Source: Catajapyx aquilonaris (Eukaryota). From it: DNA of 64,000 nt. Under the pieces are notes generated by a model. It was not told where the DNA came from, did not search any database, and worked only from the letters and a program-made list of their open reading frames with translations. Position numbers and translations under genes: made by a program. The stretch is taken from NCBI GenBank assembly GCA_000934665.2, contig KZ538072.1, positions 62,001-126,000 of the forward strand, read 5' to 3'. Below, one piece after another: positions 22,541-35,406 of the stretch; the first letter of the stretch is position 1; every line of letters starts with the position of its first letter.

Positions 22541-25500
22541 AATATTAAACATAATATTAGTTAAAACGTTTAGCAACACGTATTTTTGTAGCTATTTAAT
22601 ATTATTTTTAAAACCTGGAATTTACAAATGACCACTGAACACTAGTTGAATAGTAATAGCTACTTGGTCACTGAAACGTGGTATGGCCCAAATTGCTCAA
22701 ATCCTCAAACCCAGGAGGCTGATAAGCGGAAAAAAGTGCGTCATCAACTGGGAGTTCAGTGGCGTAAAGCAAAACAGATACTTGATGGGCAAGCAGCCCG
22801 GTATAATGGTCCATCCATCACTGCCTGGCTAATAAGCGCCCAATCCTCGTGGGGGAACGGTACCAAATGAGCACCTGGAATGTACTCTCCGGGCGCGCTG
22901 GCAGTTGCGTCACAGAAAATGACAAGCAGGATCTGCGGTACGTCAGGTTTCCGGACAGCACCCTGAGTGGGTATCGCAACTGGCCCTCTCTCAGAGTAGG
23001 CCACTTCAACCCTTTTTGTCCGCCGCCATTTACCTCTCCTAGATGTCGCGGAGTGTCAGTGCTAGCTAAGCGCCACCTATACTGTAGCAAAGCAACTGAG
23101 GCATAAAATGGGCCATAGTTGTCTGAGCCTCGCAGGCTGGGAGCCATCCAGGTTGTATTACCTAATACAGCCCAGTCAGCCCCCTGGCCAGAAGTCTGCC
23201 CGAGACAATGGGAAGAAACGAAATTAGGTTTGAATTTGGGATGATTAATTTTGCATAGCTCGAGGCAGAGGCGACATACGTATAGATCCGTATCTAGACA
23301 GTTAGGCAGGTAATCTATACAAAGTCTCGCATGCTGTGCTGAGGTAGGTTCTCTTAGAGTCAATGAAACAAAATATTAATTTACATAAAAGTTAAGAAGG
23401 GATTAAGCTATCAAAATTCTAGTTTTTCGGCTAATTTGTACCTAAAAGTTCTAGCCAAAACCTAAATGGACCCGATGATCTGGCTCATGCTCCCACTTTT
23501 GTCTCAAGGCGCAGCCATCTTTGGAGATTACATCGAGTTTCCCTACTCGTCGTTAGAGGGATACGGGATTTTGCGATGATGTCTTATAAAATTGACTTTA
23601 ACTTGAAATTTAACGCTTGTGGTGCATTTTATGCCACATCTGACCACATATTTGGAATCTAGAGTCTTTCTTGATCTCGGGAGCCCAATAACATGCAAAA
23701 TACTGACCTTTTATTTTTATTTTTCATTTAGAGCTTTTCGGCGAATTTCCCGGGATTTTTTCTAGCCGGATCTGGGTTATTGTAGCCTTTCGGCGAAAAT
23801 GCGAGCAGCAACTTAATCCCTGAGTTAAGTACAATTTGGCTTATTACATTAGTTGTATGTACTGTTGCACTTGACGTATACTGTACATCCTAGATTCGGT
23901 ATCACATCTAGACTTGGAAATTCAACAGAGTAAGGCCATCCGACAAATTACAATTTGTAATGTAATGTAAATGTCGTTGGGCAAGCAAGTGGTCGCGCGC
24001 ACCCATAATGTGTACACGAAGCCTGAGTTGTCGCGCCCCGGAATAATTTCTCGCGCACAATGCAGTTAAATTAACCCGGTATTAGAGTCGCCAAGTAAAT
24101 TAGTAGCAAGTCTGTTCCTAAGAGGACGCTGGGTCCCAGGCTTTTCCGAAAATTGTGTGTACTTGAGTCGCGTTGTAAGCTTGGCTCCGAGTTTGAGGTA
24201 GCCCCTCAGGTCCGAATGAATCACTTGAGGCCAGAGAAGACAATAGGTTCTCCAAGAGCCCCCTGGATTTTGCACTAATCCACCCGGACTAATCCCTGTA
24301 AATCACCACACAATTATCCGCTAATCTGCACGCTCAACCTCCAATTCGTAATACATTGTAATTCAATCTCTTGCTCATTACACCTACTCTGTAGCTGCTG
24401 GTTTTAATCTGTCTAATGGCATCAGTGCACGCTTCAAGCATCAAGTAGTTACCATTACGCCAATTGAAGCGCCAATGTACGGTGCAGCTTTTCATCACGT
24501 CTGATGCTGCCTGTGCACACCATACCCCGTGTTCAACGGTGGACAAAGGCATCCAGGGTGCCATTGGTTGCTATACCCACATGAAATGTTAAGAATCATA
24601 CAATCGCATGTATCTGTTTACGATCATTAGCAAATTTAGGTTCAAATTTCAGTTTTTGTGTATTCAGTACGCGTCCCGATTTATATATATACACACACAT
24701 TGATATGGATGCTATTTATAACCTCCATGTGTCCAATCCGGTGATACTTAAATATAAAAAATGCTCGAGTCAATACTGGGTGGAATTTGTTACACCATGT
24801 ACGCCATTAAATTCCGCTCCCCTACACGCTATTACCAGATTGCATATAAAATCAGCTCTGGCAATGCATGAGTAAAGACTAGTTACTCATTATTATGTTG
24901 AAATAACTAAATAACCGACGAACCGCGGGATGCGATTTCACTCCTCTTGTTTTTTTTTTTTGCAAATTTTTGGCCCACAAATGTGCTCACACTATTGATG
25001 CGAAACGATGCACCTGGGCGTTCGCGAATTAAATTGACCTGAAACAAGTATGTGAGAAGGTGGGAGCAAGTCTAGCGCAAAACTGCTGTACCAGGTGTAT
25101 GCCGGCTTCCAAAACACACGCTAGGGAATAATTGTTTACGAGTCGGGCAGGGTCTGGGATGAGACAGGGGGATGCTACAGAGGGCTGGCAGGGGAGGCTA
25201 AATCCCACGGATTAGACCTCTTCCAGCTTCCATTTTGCAGCCTCCTTTTATGAACAGGCATTGATTGAAGAACTAACTGACGTCATTCGTCAGAGCTTTT
25301 AAAAAAAAGTAGAAAAGAAAATGTTCTTATCAAAGAAGAGCAGAATATGAAGTAATGATGGGAGGGTGGGAAAGGGGGGGGTTTCATCTGAAAACACCCC
25401 ACCCTACCGATCGTTATAAGCAAACGGATCGAGTTCATTTCAGACCGCTTATTGACTAGTGCCCACTGATCGATTTTTAGACTCTCATAGGCCATATTAG

Positions 25501-26290
25501 GAAGCTGCACTCGCTCCCTAGTTACTGTGTTGCTTATTAGTTAGCCAAACACCACCAGAGTTATGGCCCCCCTCATCACTCTAATTAAAGCGGCAAATAA
25601 CCCTAATTAATACATTTAACCTAATTAATCTAGGGTGGACACCATAGACAGGCTCCCCATATTTAATGCGGGCTACTCATTTAGTTCGGCATGCCTTTGA
25701 CGTGCAATGTCGTAGAGTGACCTCTTCCGATTCAATATGCCGACGACAAACAGGGCCGCCGCTGATAGGTTCATCTTCCTACCACACGCGGAAGGTCTAT
25801 TATTACACCATCCTATTGATTTAGCGGGCTCAAATCGACCGATTTTCCTAGTTGCTAGATCTGGTGGGGGAGGAAAAATAATGGGCTGAATCAATAGGAT
25901 ATACACACTATTTTTAAAAATGATCTTGTGACTGTAAAAGCCGCAAAAATATTTGTTTCGTCCTTTGTCGCACCCACTGACTCATCAAGTATTGTAACTA
26001 TCACAAGGTTGTCAGTGTTTGCACAATGAGTGCTTGCGCTGCAGTCTCATTGCTAACAAGTGCTTCTATAGGCTCGGTTAATGTGCCTTCAGGCATAAAC
26101 CTGGCCCTGGATCCAGGAAATGGCGCGGAACGGGCGCAGCGTTGTGAAACCACGCGGGGGAAAATATGTGAGCACAGAGGGGGAGCGAAAAATATCATTT
26201 TTGCCACTGCTATGTCCTACTCCATTCGTTCTGTCAGCAGGGAGCGAGGATTCCAAGCGTGTTGAGATTCGCGTCTAAATCGGCCTCGCT

Positions 26291-26351
26291 ATTGGCTCAG
26301 CGGATCACGTGATCCGACCCTTCAACATTGGCCGGACTCTGGATGACGTAA
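26291..26351. promoter_or_regulatory. Candidate NF-Y / E-box / CRE motif cluster
   Basis: ATTGG at 26291 and 26327, perfect 16-bp palindrome CGGATCACGTGATCCG (26301-26316), TGACGTAA at 26344. Motif match only; may be TE-derived. Confidence 0.25.
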
Positions 26352-26392
26352 CACATCGTTCCAAACAACTTAGATTCAACAAAAGACATTCT

Positions 26393-26456
26393 GAGTAATA
26401 GTTTCACCAATTGAGAAATAATTTCACCAAATACATTTGGAGTAATAGTTTCAACC
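26393..26456 (+). repeat. Short degenerate tandem repeat (3 copies)
   Basis: GAG(T/A)AATA(G/A)TTTCA x3. Confidence 0.7.
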
Positions 26457-28100
26457 TTAGGTATGAAGAAATTTTTATAACTATTGACCTCTAGTCGACT
26501 GAAAAATAGGACATAATTTCCATCATTATTAAACTAATCATTCTAGAACGGTTCCTATCACTGTTCTCAGTTCAAGCACAAAACTGCAAAATTGATGAGG
26601 TTCATGCATCATATTTCCACAAATCAGGGAACAGATATTGAAAAAGTTTCACTCTTCCATCAACTATAATTAGGTACAAGTTCCACTATAAATTACCCAA
26701 AAGAAAATCAATTCCGCCAGAGATTGTTTCGTCCGAAATTTTTGTCAGATTCATATTTTCATCCATGCCTTTGCATAAAAACGGTGAAAAGTAGGATGGC
26801 ACCAGTGACCGTCTTGTGATGGGAGAAGGGTCCCGAATCTGTCACACACGACAATACACTGTTCAGTTCTCCGTTAGACACTAATCGGTCTGACGATCTG
26901 ATTCGTCACGTTCGGTTCGCTGTCCTCCTCACGCATTCGCTAGTAACGGTTAAAAGGAAGCAGCACAAGGAGATGTGACCGATAGAGCTTTCAGCCTTTT
27001 ATTGCTTCCTTCATGGCCGACCTGCCTGGGGTTTTCTCATAATTTTTTTCCCCGCAAAAATCAAGCCACTTTCTATTCTATATTCAGGTTGACTAGTACA
27101 GGGCATCACTTACATGTTACCATATCAAAAAGGTACTGGTATGCACCCTCTCGAATTATGGCTCGAGGGGGCATACATGTGCATTGGTGTCCCACGAGTT
27201 ACGACCTGTCTAGAGCCCAGGGATGATATTTATAGTAGCCCTTATTTGTACCCGGCCAACCGCATACTGGACACGATTTTGAAACCCGTCATAAAGAATT
27301 CCTGGCCGCTCATTGTGCAACTTCCGAAGGCGCCATCATAAAACTCCCATTTCCCATTTTCAGGTGATGCCAGGGCTTTTTGGAGAGAGGATATGTGTCC
27401 AGGACACATTCACAAGTGCGTTATTAATGGTCCCCCCCCCCAAAAAAAGAATAATATTTGAACCACCCTACAAATGAGCCTGCCCACAATCTTTAAATGA
27501 ATATCACATGTTGCCTTGACCAAAATTCCAGACCCCCACAAAAATTCACATCTGATTGATTTTCCGCCAACCACCCTTAAAAACGACTAATCTACACCAC
27601 CTGAAACACAACACCGCTTCCTAACCCAGTAGAGATGGGCTCCCGGATTTCATTTTGAGCAGGGAACGGCAAGAGTGACAGGCATCTGCGATATGGCGTC
27701 GGAGAGCTAGGACGTTTCTATCTGGATCTATCTCTTCGAGCCTAGTCTCAGCGGACAATTCCCAGCCGATTCGGAGCTGAATCTACGCCTGGCCACACAT
27801 CGGAGGCCTCCTTATTGATTTAAACGGGCCGGTGAAGATCGTCGACGCGACTCAATTTCCGGAGCGGCGCTACAGATCGGTTCTAGGCCCGCTCTCTCTC
27901 TCCCAAACTCGCCGGCTTTTATTATGCTGATTGCCTCCCCCTTGCTGCACGGGACCATTTGGAATAATCATGACGTCGGTAATTCCTCAGCTGCTTCCAA
28001 TTCAATTACGATGAAATGTGACTCGGAGCTCAAGACATGGCTCGATACTGGATCGTTCACCAATTAGTACAAGTTCATATTCAGTCGTTCTAAAATTCGT

Positions 28101-28189
28101 CCGTCGCATCACCGCGTCGACCGTCGCAGCACCGCGCCGACTGTCGCAACAACGCGACGACCGTCGCAACACCGCGTCGCGCGTCGCAA
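28101..28189 (+). repeat. CpG-dense 20-bp minisatellite (~4.5 copies)
   Basis: Consensus CCGTCGCAACACCGCGTCGA. Confidence 0.92.
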
Positions 28190-28927
28190 ACCTCTTCCCG
28201 CGCCCCCTAGGTACAGGGTACCCAACAGGGCTCTACCGGGGATATCATGCGGGTGTCACGCCAAAAAATGGTCGTCAGAGTGTCTGGAAGGGTATACCTT
28301 GGCTTCTCTCAGGAGTTGGAAACAAAGGCGGTTTGGCCCCTGGCCATTGACTGCGGGGACAGTCATTTGTTTTTGTTGATGTTGGCCTGGGTTTCTCTCT
28401 CGACGGGAGCTGGGAGCAATTGGCTCCACCACTTGATGCGGAAACAAGAGCTGTCCGGATTTTCTGTCCGGAACTCGAGGGACTTCTGGGACTCTACAAC
28501 ATTTATGTTCGGCTACCTTACCCGTGCCCAATTTATTCTTCGCTTCCACTTGCTTCCAACTTTTGTGCCCAGACCTTCATAAAAGTCGGTCGCATCTCCA
28601 CCCCCACGTCGACCCGTCCTCGTACGACCCATTTCCCGACCCGGAAAATTCTTTCAGGAAGAATATCACTCATGTCGGCTGGGCGACTAGTTCAGACCCG
28701 TCACCGCCATGCCTTCAAGTTGAAAGTTCCTGACGCTTGGATAAACCCATTTGTCCCATCCAGCCGCCATGTTCACCTCATTATCATTGTGTTTCAAGCC
28801 CTCTTGCAGGACCCGAGTTGCGCTCCTACCAACAGCAAACAAACGCTATTCAGTCACTCACATAGTCCGCGCTTATTGGCTTAAAGCTGGCCTTGAATGG
28901 TATCCAGCCAATGGCGGGGATGGCACA

Positions 28928-28987
28928 AACCTGCTCGAACCTGCCCGAACTTGCTCTAACTTGCTCTAACTTGCCCAAATCTGCCCA
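28928..28987 (+). repeat. 10-bp minisatellite (6 copies)
   Basis: Consensus AAC(C/T)TGC(T/C)CN. Confidence 0.88.
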
Positions 28988-29340
28988 CGGTTGCTCGTGA
29001 CTATGGTTTGTCAAATGGCAACCGGTTTGCGTGCTTGTAAGGCATTTCCCCAGATCTGTTATTAGTCAAACCGTGTTGGAGGTGTCATCTTCTGATGGGA
29101 AATCAATCCTGGACAATGATGGCACGCACTACCCCTGCACACTGTTGCTTTTGCAGATCATCCACTCATCTCGCCGGCGGACAAGGAGCGAATAAAATAA
29201 GGGCTCTAGGTGATGCGCTCGCAAATTGAAATCGATCCTATTCGTTGAGTCATAACGTGTGCGATGACCACAAAATCATAGCTGGCAGCTGACGGAGAAA
29301 AGGTCAACTGACTATGCGGTTAAGTGTTGGCAGTCATTAA

Positions 29341-29614
29341 CCCTGGAACCATGACGTTCCTGAAAGTTACGTTAACAGTGACGCGGTCTTTTAGGACCCC
29401 ATGCCATATTTTAATTTTTATGTGTAATACTTTTCAATGTATTGACTATAGGCATTAATTCTTTGAACAATGCCTAAAATGATCGCTAATTCAAAATAAA
29501 CATGCACTTCCTGTTATATACTTTTTAAAATGGCAAACAGTTAATTGTAATTGTAATTTTAATGCATTTTAATTCCTTTGGGGTCCTAAAAGACCCCACG
29601 TCACGGTTCCAGGG
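29341..29614. mobile_element. piggyBac-type MITE with intact TTAA TSD
   Basis: TTAA|CCCTGGAACCATGACG...CGTCACGGTTCCAGGG|TTAA (15/16 TIR match); subterminal IR GGTCTTTTAGGACCCCA / TGGGGTCCTAAAAGACC lies ~30 bp from the left TIR but ~3 bp from the right TIR, the asymmetric end architecture of piggyBac. Confidence 0.95.
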
Positions 29615-29684
29615 TTAACCCCAAATTAGAACATCCACAAGGACTAAAAAGGGCCTCTGAAATTATGGTGAAAACATTTCTGAA

Positions 29685-29756
29685 TTTGGAAAAAAGGGGG
29701 TCAAATTTTCGTTCCTATAGCAGTGGAACGAAAATTCGACCCCTTATTTTTCCAAA
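29685..29756. repeat. 72-bp imperfect hairpin (probable MITE remnant)
   Basis: TTTGGAAAAAAGGGGGTCAAATTTTCGTTCC / GGAACGAAAATTCGACCCCTTATTTTTCCAAA. Confidence 0.8.
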
Positions 29757-32700
29757 AATCCATCTGGCCAATCAGGCCATCAAAATATTTAATTAAATTT
29801 GATACGACGCATCAAACAAGTTACAGGAGCCATGTGCATTGCTAACCTACAGGGTGTCCCATAAAACCCGTCTCTCCAACACCCCCCAAACAATGTACTT
29901 ATTAGTCCGCGTCCTATAAACTCCAGCCCAAATTACACGCAATAAATTCCAGGATGAGGCAGTATGACCGCTCTTTTCCTCCACATTCCTCCTGTTCCAA
30001 AACGCCGTTTTATTTGCCCCCCAGCCTTCCCCATCTCCCCCTTTAAAAAAAATGCCGATCATTAGCACCGTAACGAGTACTTTGCGAGACCAGGTTCCAA
30101 AGACAAGCTCCCATTAGGCAGTCCCCCATTTTGCAAAGCCCAGTGAGCAGGTACACGCAGGGCCCGCTTCCCCCATGCTTCTTGTGCAATTGTGTTTCAC
30201 GTGCAGGTGAACCCTGCGTTTCAATCAGTGTGGAGCTTTCCACATGAAAAGGACATGGGGCCCTAACCTGAAGTTGAGAGGTTAGCCCAACTTGACTCCC
30301 ATCTCAAGATTCATTCTGCTATAATTTCACTAGTGATAGGCCCATTCTCAACGAGAGCGGGGGTAGAAATGGGTGAGTAATGTTACCCATTTGTTCTATC
30401 CTAATCCTGGCAGCCAGGACCATAAAACGTGGCGGTGACTCTGAAGAAGACCTGACTGCAATTCCCGCTCTCATTTTGCCACTTCTTCCATTCTGGAGCT
30501 TGCCACCAACTTCAAGAAGAGAAACTTCTTTCATTTCTTGTTGGACCAAAAATATAGGGAGAACCGAAGTTGCATCCCTGTGCTTTTCCTCATTGGAATC
30601 GATCAGAGGCAGATGTCGCGAGTAAGCCATGTGTAAAGGAGCTATTCCACCATTTTGCACTATTTTTCATGCCTGAGATCAATCTTCACAAGTCGCTGAG
30701 GCTACATAATGGGGGTTGACAAAAATATCAAAATCCAAAAGGTGAAACGTGAACTGGTGTTGACATGAATGTGTGTGAAAACGACCTTGTAATAAACACG
30801 ACAATATAGGTGTTTTTGATGGAAAAGGGGACCATGCCGCCAATGTCACTAATGAATGTCGACAGTTGAAATGTCCGGGATGAAGTGCAGCACTTATTGG
30901 GATCCAATCTGGAAATTTGAATATAAATGTGACTAGCGCCTTTCGAAAGTGGTATTGAATAAAAACCGGAAAAATGTCCAATGTAGTTGAATATCCTAAA
31001 ATAATAACCTAAAGGTCCACAACAATTTAGTAGAAAAAAACGTCATATCTGGAGCCCCATTTAGAGCCAATAATTGCCAAATGAGCTCAAACTGGGACCG
31101 TCCTTGCTGAGCGCGGTTTCCCAGAAAATCTCTAGAGAAATTTTCGACCCACATCAGTGCAATAATTACGTCCTGATGCCACACTCAGGCAATGCATTTC
31201 CAAAAACACCCTGATCTTGTATTAGCGTCAGTTTCCATTCACTACCAATAAATAATGTGTCACTTACAGTTACTGTGTACATGGTGCGCAGTATACAATC
31301 TAGGCCACCACCATCAGTAGGATACATTTGCGGAGATGTAAACAAAATAACATTAATATTTCAGTTTGATGCATATACTGGTAAAACAGAAATGGTTGAT
31401 GGAATTAACCTTTTGGCTGAATGACACATCATTTAATATGTATGTATGTTAAATGTATGTTAAATATTTTGAGTGTAATAGTGTTCAGGTGGCCCACATT
31501 TTTGGCACATCAATTTCAGCAAGCTGCCTTCCTTTTGCAAAGCACAGATTTGCAAAAAAGTGGTGCTGGCACACACACACACGGGGTCCTATAGGCCACC
31601 TTCCTTTTCCATATTCAGGCCGGAGTAGGTTCGCCTTTAATTTGGGCAGAAGAGCCTGGTAATTGATCATGGCAAGCAAGCAGCTCCTGCGACGCCCCTT
31701 GCCTTCCCACGAGGCCCTTTCATTCGCAAAATGAAAACCATTTCCTACGTGATCCCGGCAGACTCGTTTACGTGGAAAACGGAGTTGGGGGATTTTAACA
31801 TTCCGCCAGACTCCGCTGGGCCGGAACCCACGACACCCTAAATCGCCAGATCATATCTCTCGAGGTGTCAGGACATAACAGGACACTACCTGTTTACATA
31901 CCGCCATGATTGCTTTATCGCTTCTCCGCGTGAGGGCGGGGGTGGGCCAGCCTCCGGCACAATGGGCCAACGGCACAATCTACCCGCGGGCCAACGGCAC
32001 TCGCCAACGGCCATCAAGACATTCGCGACTTTTGACTAATGGCCGGGCCCTGGGAGCTGGGGTCCACTTGCAAATGCAACCCATTACGCCCACTTAGTTT
32101 TATTCATGACTATTTCATGCACCTGACGCAACACCTTTGCACTAATTAGCTTCCAGTCCATTTCAGAGTGCCATTGAATATGAATAAATCAACAGAGAAG
32201 AGGGGGAGGACCGCATTGTTGCGACTTGTGTTTGAGGAGAGTGTGTCTTATAGGTGCAGGCAGTCATACCCAGCTTATTTCACAGTGCATGCATTCACTT
32301 CCCATAATCCGTTTTAATCTACTAGTTACTGGTCGGATTTCATGCATGCTGGTAAGGAGTGTAGTGGGGCTCACGCAGGCATCAGCTTAAACACGTGGTA
32401 AAGAAAGGATTTAGAGTGAACACAATTAATCGCTTCCCACCAATCCGGAAAGCCTATGAAAAGCCTGGTGCATAATCTCCACCCTTTTCAAGTGCATTTA
32501 CAGGGTGGAGCAGCTTCAGTTCCAAAAGCAAGCTCTTCAAGCTATGTAACGTCCTAAACTCATATTCGCTGTAACAACAATAATAGATCGATATACAGAA
32601 GTCTATACTTGGAGTCTTTTTTTGTAAGCTGTCACTTCTCATATCAGTAGAAATAGCTGCAATTCTATCAACATCGTTGAGCTTGCGTAGGCTAAGCCTA

Positions 32701-35374
32701 TATAGACTACTGACTATAAGTTGGCCAGATCAAGTTCATGCTATATCTTACTTTATATACTGTGCAGTACATAGTAATGAGTAGTAGTAATAGCCTATCA
32801 AGTGACAACTTTTCATGTATTCTACTATTTCATGTAAATTTACACGTCGACAAGAAAATTTTCCCACAGAGTACTAACTTAAAATGACATTATTTCACAT
32901 AATGACATAAGTTAAAATAAATTAAGGTTATATATTTTTAGTTCACGCTATTCTTCATGTTTAGTTTGTATTGTTCATTTCCATTTGCATACTCCATGTG
33001 CACGTGTCGAATATATGCCTACGAATACTGTACAGTACATGATTTAAATCAAAATCACTTTCTCGTCTACTTTGCGATGGCTTGTTACTCGCTGTAATAG
33101 AATCAGAGTTGCATACACACACTGTGCGTCAGATTTTGAAGCAGGCCTATATACGCGACTCTTTTTGCGACCTATCCCAGCCACTGTTCACTTTTCGCAA
33201 ACTATGTCAGCCGATGTTGTTACAAAGTAATAGGGTTAACAGCTCGGAGCTTCAAACCTTACAATGCGCAAATGCCTGATGGTATCTATATGCTCTTTCT
33301 AACAGACACGTGTCTAAAACAATGAATTCTCTCATTCCAGGCCTCTTTTTAAAACCACCTTCGGCACCTCAGGCCCCCTAAAAATGTATGTCTTTGCAGC
33401 CTCCAGGCAACATTCATCTTTCAATTTGTCTTTGAAATTTTCCCAGCAATACTACCAACAAAGAGAAAGAAAGAACAAATAACTTACTTAAAATGCAAAA
33501 GACTCAGGTTTCGACCACCTAGCGAAAACCAGGCCCAAGTTAATCACTTCACCTCTGGGGAATATGCCCTTAGTGTAATACAAGAGAAGGAGAACGGTTC
33601 TGTACCTTCAGGTTACGTCTTGACTACCGACGAACAGGTGAAAAAAATTTGACTGGGCTGAAAATAGCCCAGTATTATTTTCAGCATTGGTTAATAAGTC
33701 GCGGCGTTATTTTTGAGCAAGGATAACGTAAATAAAACCGTGTGTGTGTGACTCTTTGTGTGCTAATAGCCAACTCAGGGTGCGTTCCAAGAAGCGACAT
33801 GGTGGAAGACATCGAATAAGTCATCCCTGTTCTACTGACTTTCAAACCCCAAGGGGCAAGCAAATAATCCGGAAACTAGGGAAACGAAAAGAGTTATTCC
33901 CTTCACAAATCAAAGACCGGCGCCGATACCTCGGTAACGATCGCTGAAAGGCATGAGAGGACGGGAAAAAACGCCGAGAAATATCTTCCCTGTGTACCGC
34001 ACCATATTTTTTTCAGCACATTTTCTAGCAGAAGTGTCGTTTACATTTAACGTTCGGAGGTTTTCTATTTGCCTAGAAGGCTGAACCTATATATTTTACG
34101 ACTCCCTGAAAATCTGCTCCCTTTTTCCACGACTTTAAGTACCTCCACATTTCATCATGCTACACAGAGTTATTTCTCTTTTTTTTATCCTCCTCTTTTC
34201 CACTCCTATCCTCTCAGTGTCACGCTCCTACACGACACATTCCTCCTCCATAAAAAATTCGACTCGGTTTCCTTAGCAGTAGCCAAACCAGGCTTCAGAC
34301 CTGAGAGTGCATAGACACAATATTTTAATGACGAGATAAGCGACACGCCCATATTTTCCATGGGAGAAGGGACATTGCGTCTCGCCAGACATGGTGACAA
34401 CATTACCGGGTTCATTGTCACCCAAAAATGCTTGTGTCAGGTGCCAATTGTGTGCCTCCCCGAGACCTGTGTGTGTCCGTGACGAAAGGCGGTCTGCTAC
34501 GGTAAGCACACGTCTTCCTAGAGTCGTCACGTCATGCCACCTCCAACCCCACCCCCAAACCACGCAAACAACAATGCAGCAGATTGTGACTAAATTGCGC
34601 AAAATAGCTCTCACTTCCTGGCACGTATTGTCCTATTATTCAATATGGCTACATAACCAATTTTTTCGCCTACAAGCTACAATGCTCTAAAGTTGGAAAT
34701 GACAACATATCATTTCAAATGGGATGAGGCCTATATAATTTTTAATTTTTAATGTTTGAAATAACTTAAATAGGTTAGACCTGAATTTTTATTTGGTTTC
34801 ATTAAATTACTGGGGTATTTCGACAACAATAGTGATGTCATTTCGAATGATAAAAACAGCATAAGTACACATTGAAGCTGATTCACTCCACATATAGACT
34901 TGAAACGTATGGAAATTAATCAATCAGTTCGGCCGCGGAAGAGATGCCAAAATTGTCACATGTCACTATCCATTACATCAGATAGGGACGACAGTCTGTC
35001 TGTCATTTGCCGGTGAAGACAAAAAGTCGGCTTCATTCGGCAGTAAATATTGCGCGCTCGTTCAAATTCGAATGATTTATCATATTGACGTGTTACAAAA
35101 AAATTCGCTTTTCGGGCCGAAAACCCCGGACGCCCATAATGCACTGAGTGTAACTATTGCCTCATCTTGCACTAATCATGTTTCATGGAAAGCGGTTTAG
35201 CTGTGCGCTTGTGTCAGCAGCTGCTGCGCACTGAAATTTATTTTCATAAGCGCTACCGCGATTTTTTTTATTATTTTTCCACCTCGCTTCTGAAGTTGGC
35301 ACATGACTGACATACTAAATGTGCGGGAGCCTTTCCAGGAACAGAGAAATTGCTAGTGCTCCAAATTAATCCAT

Positions 35375-35406
<32 letters not shown>

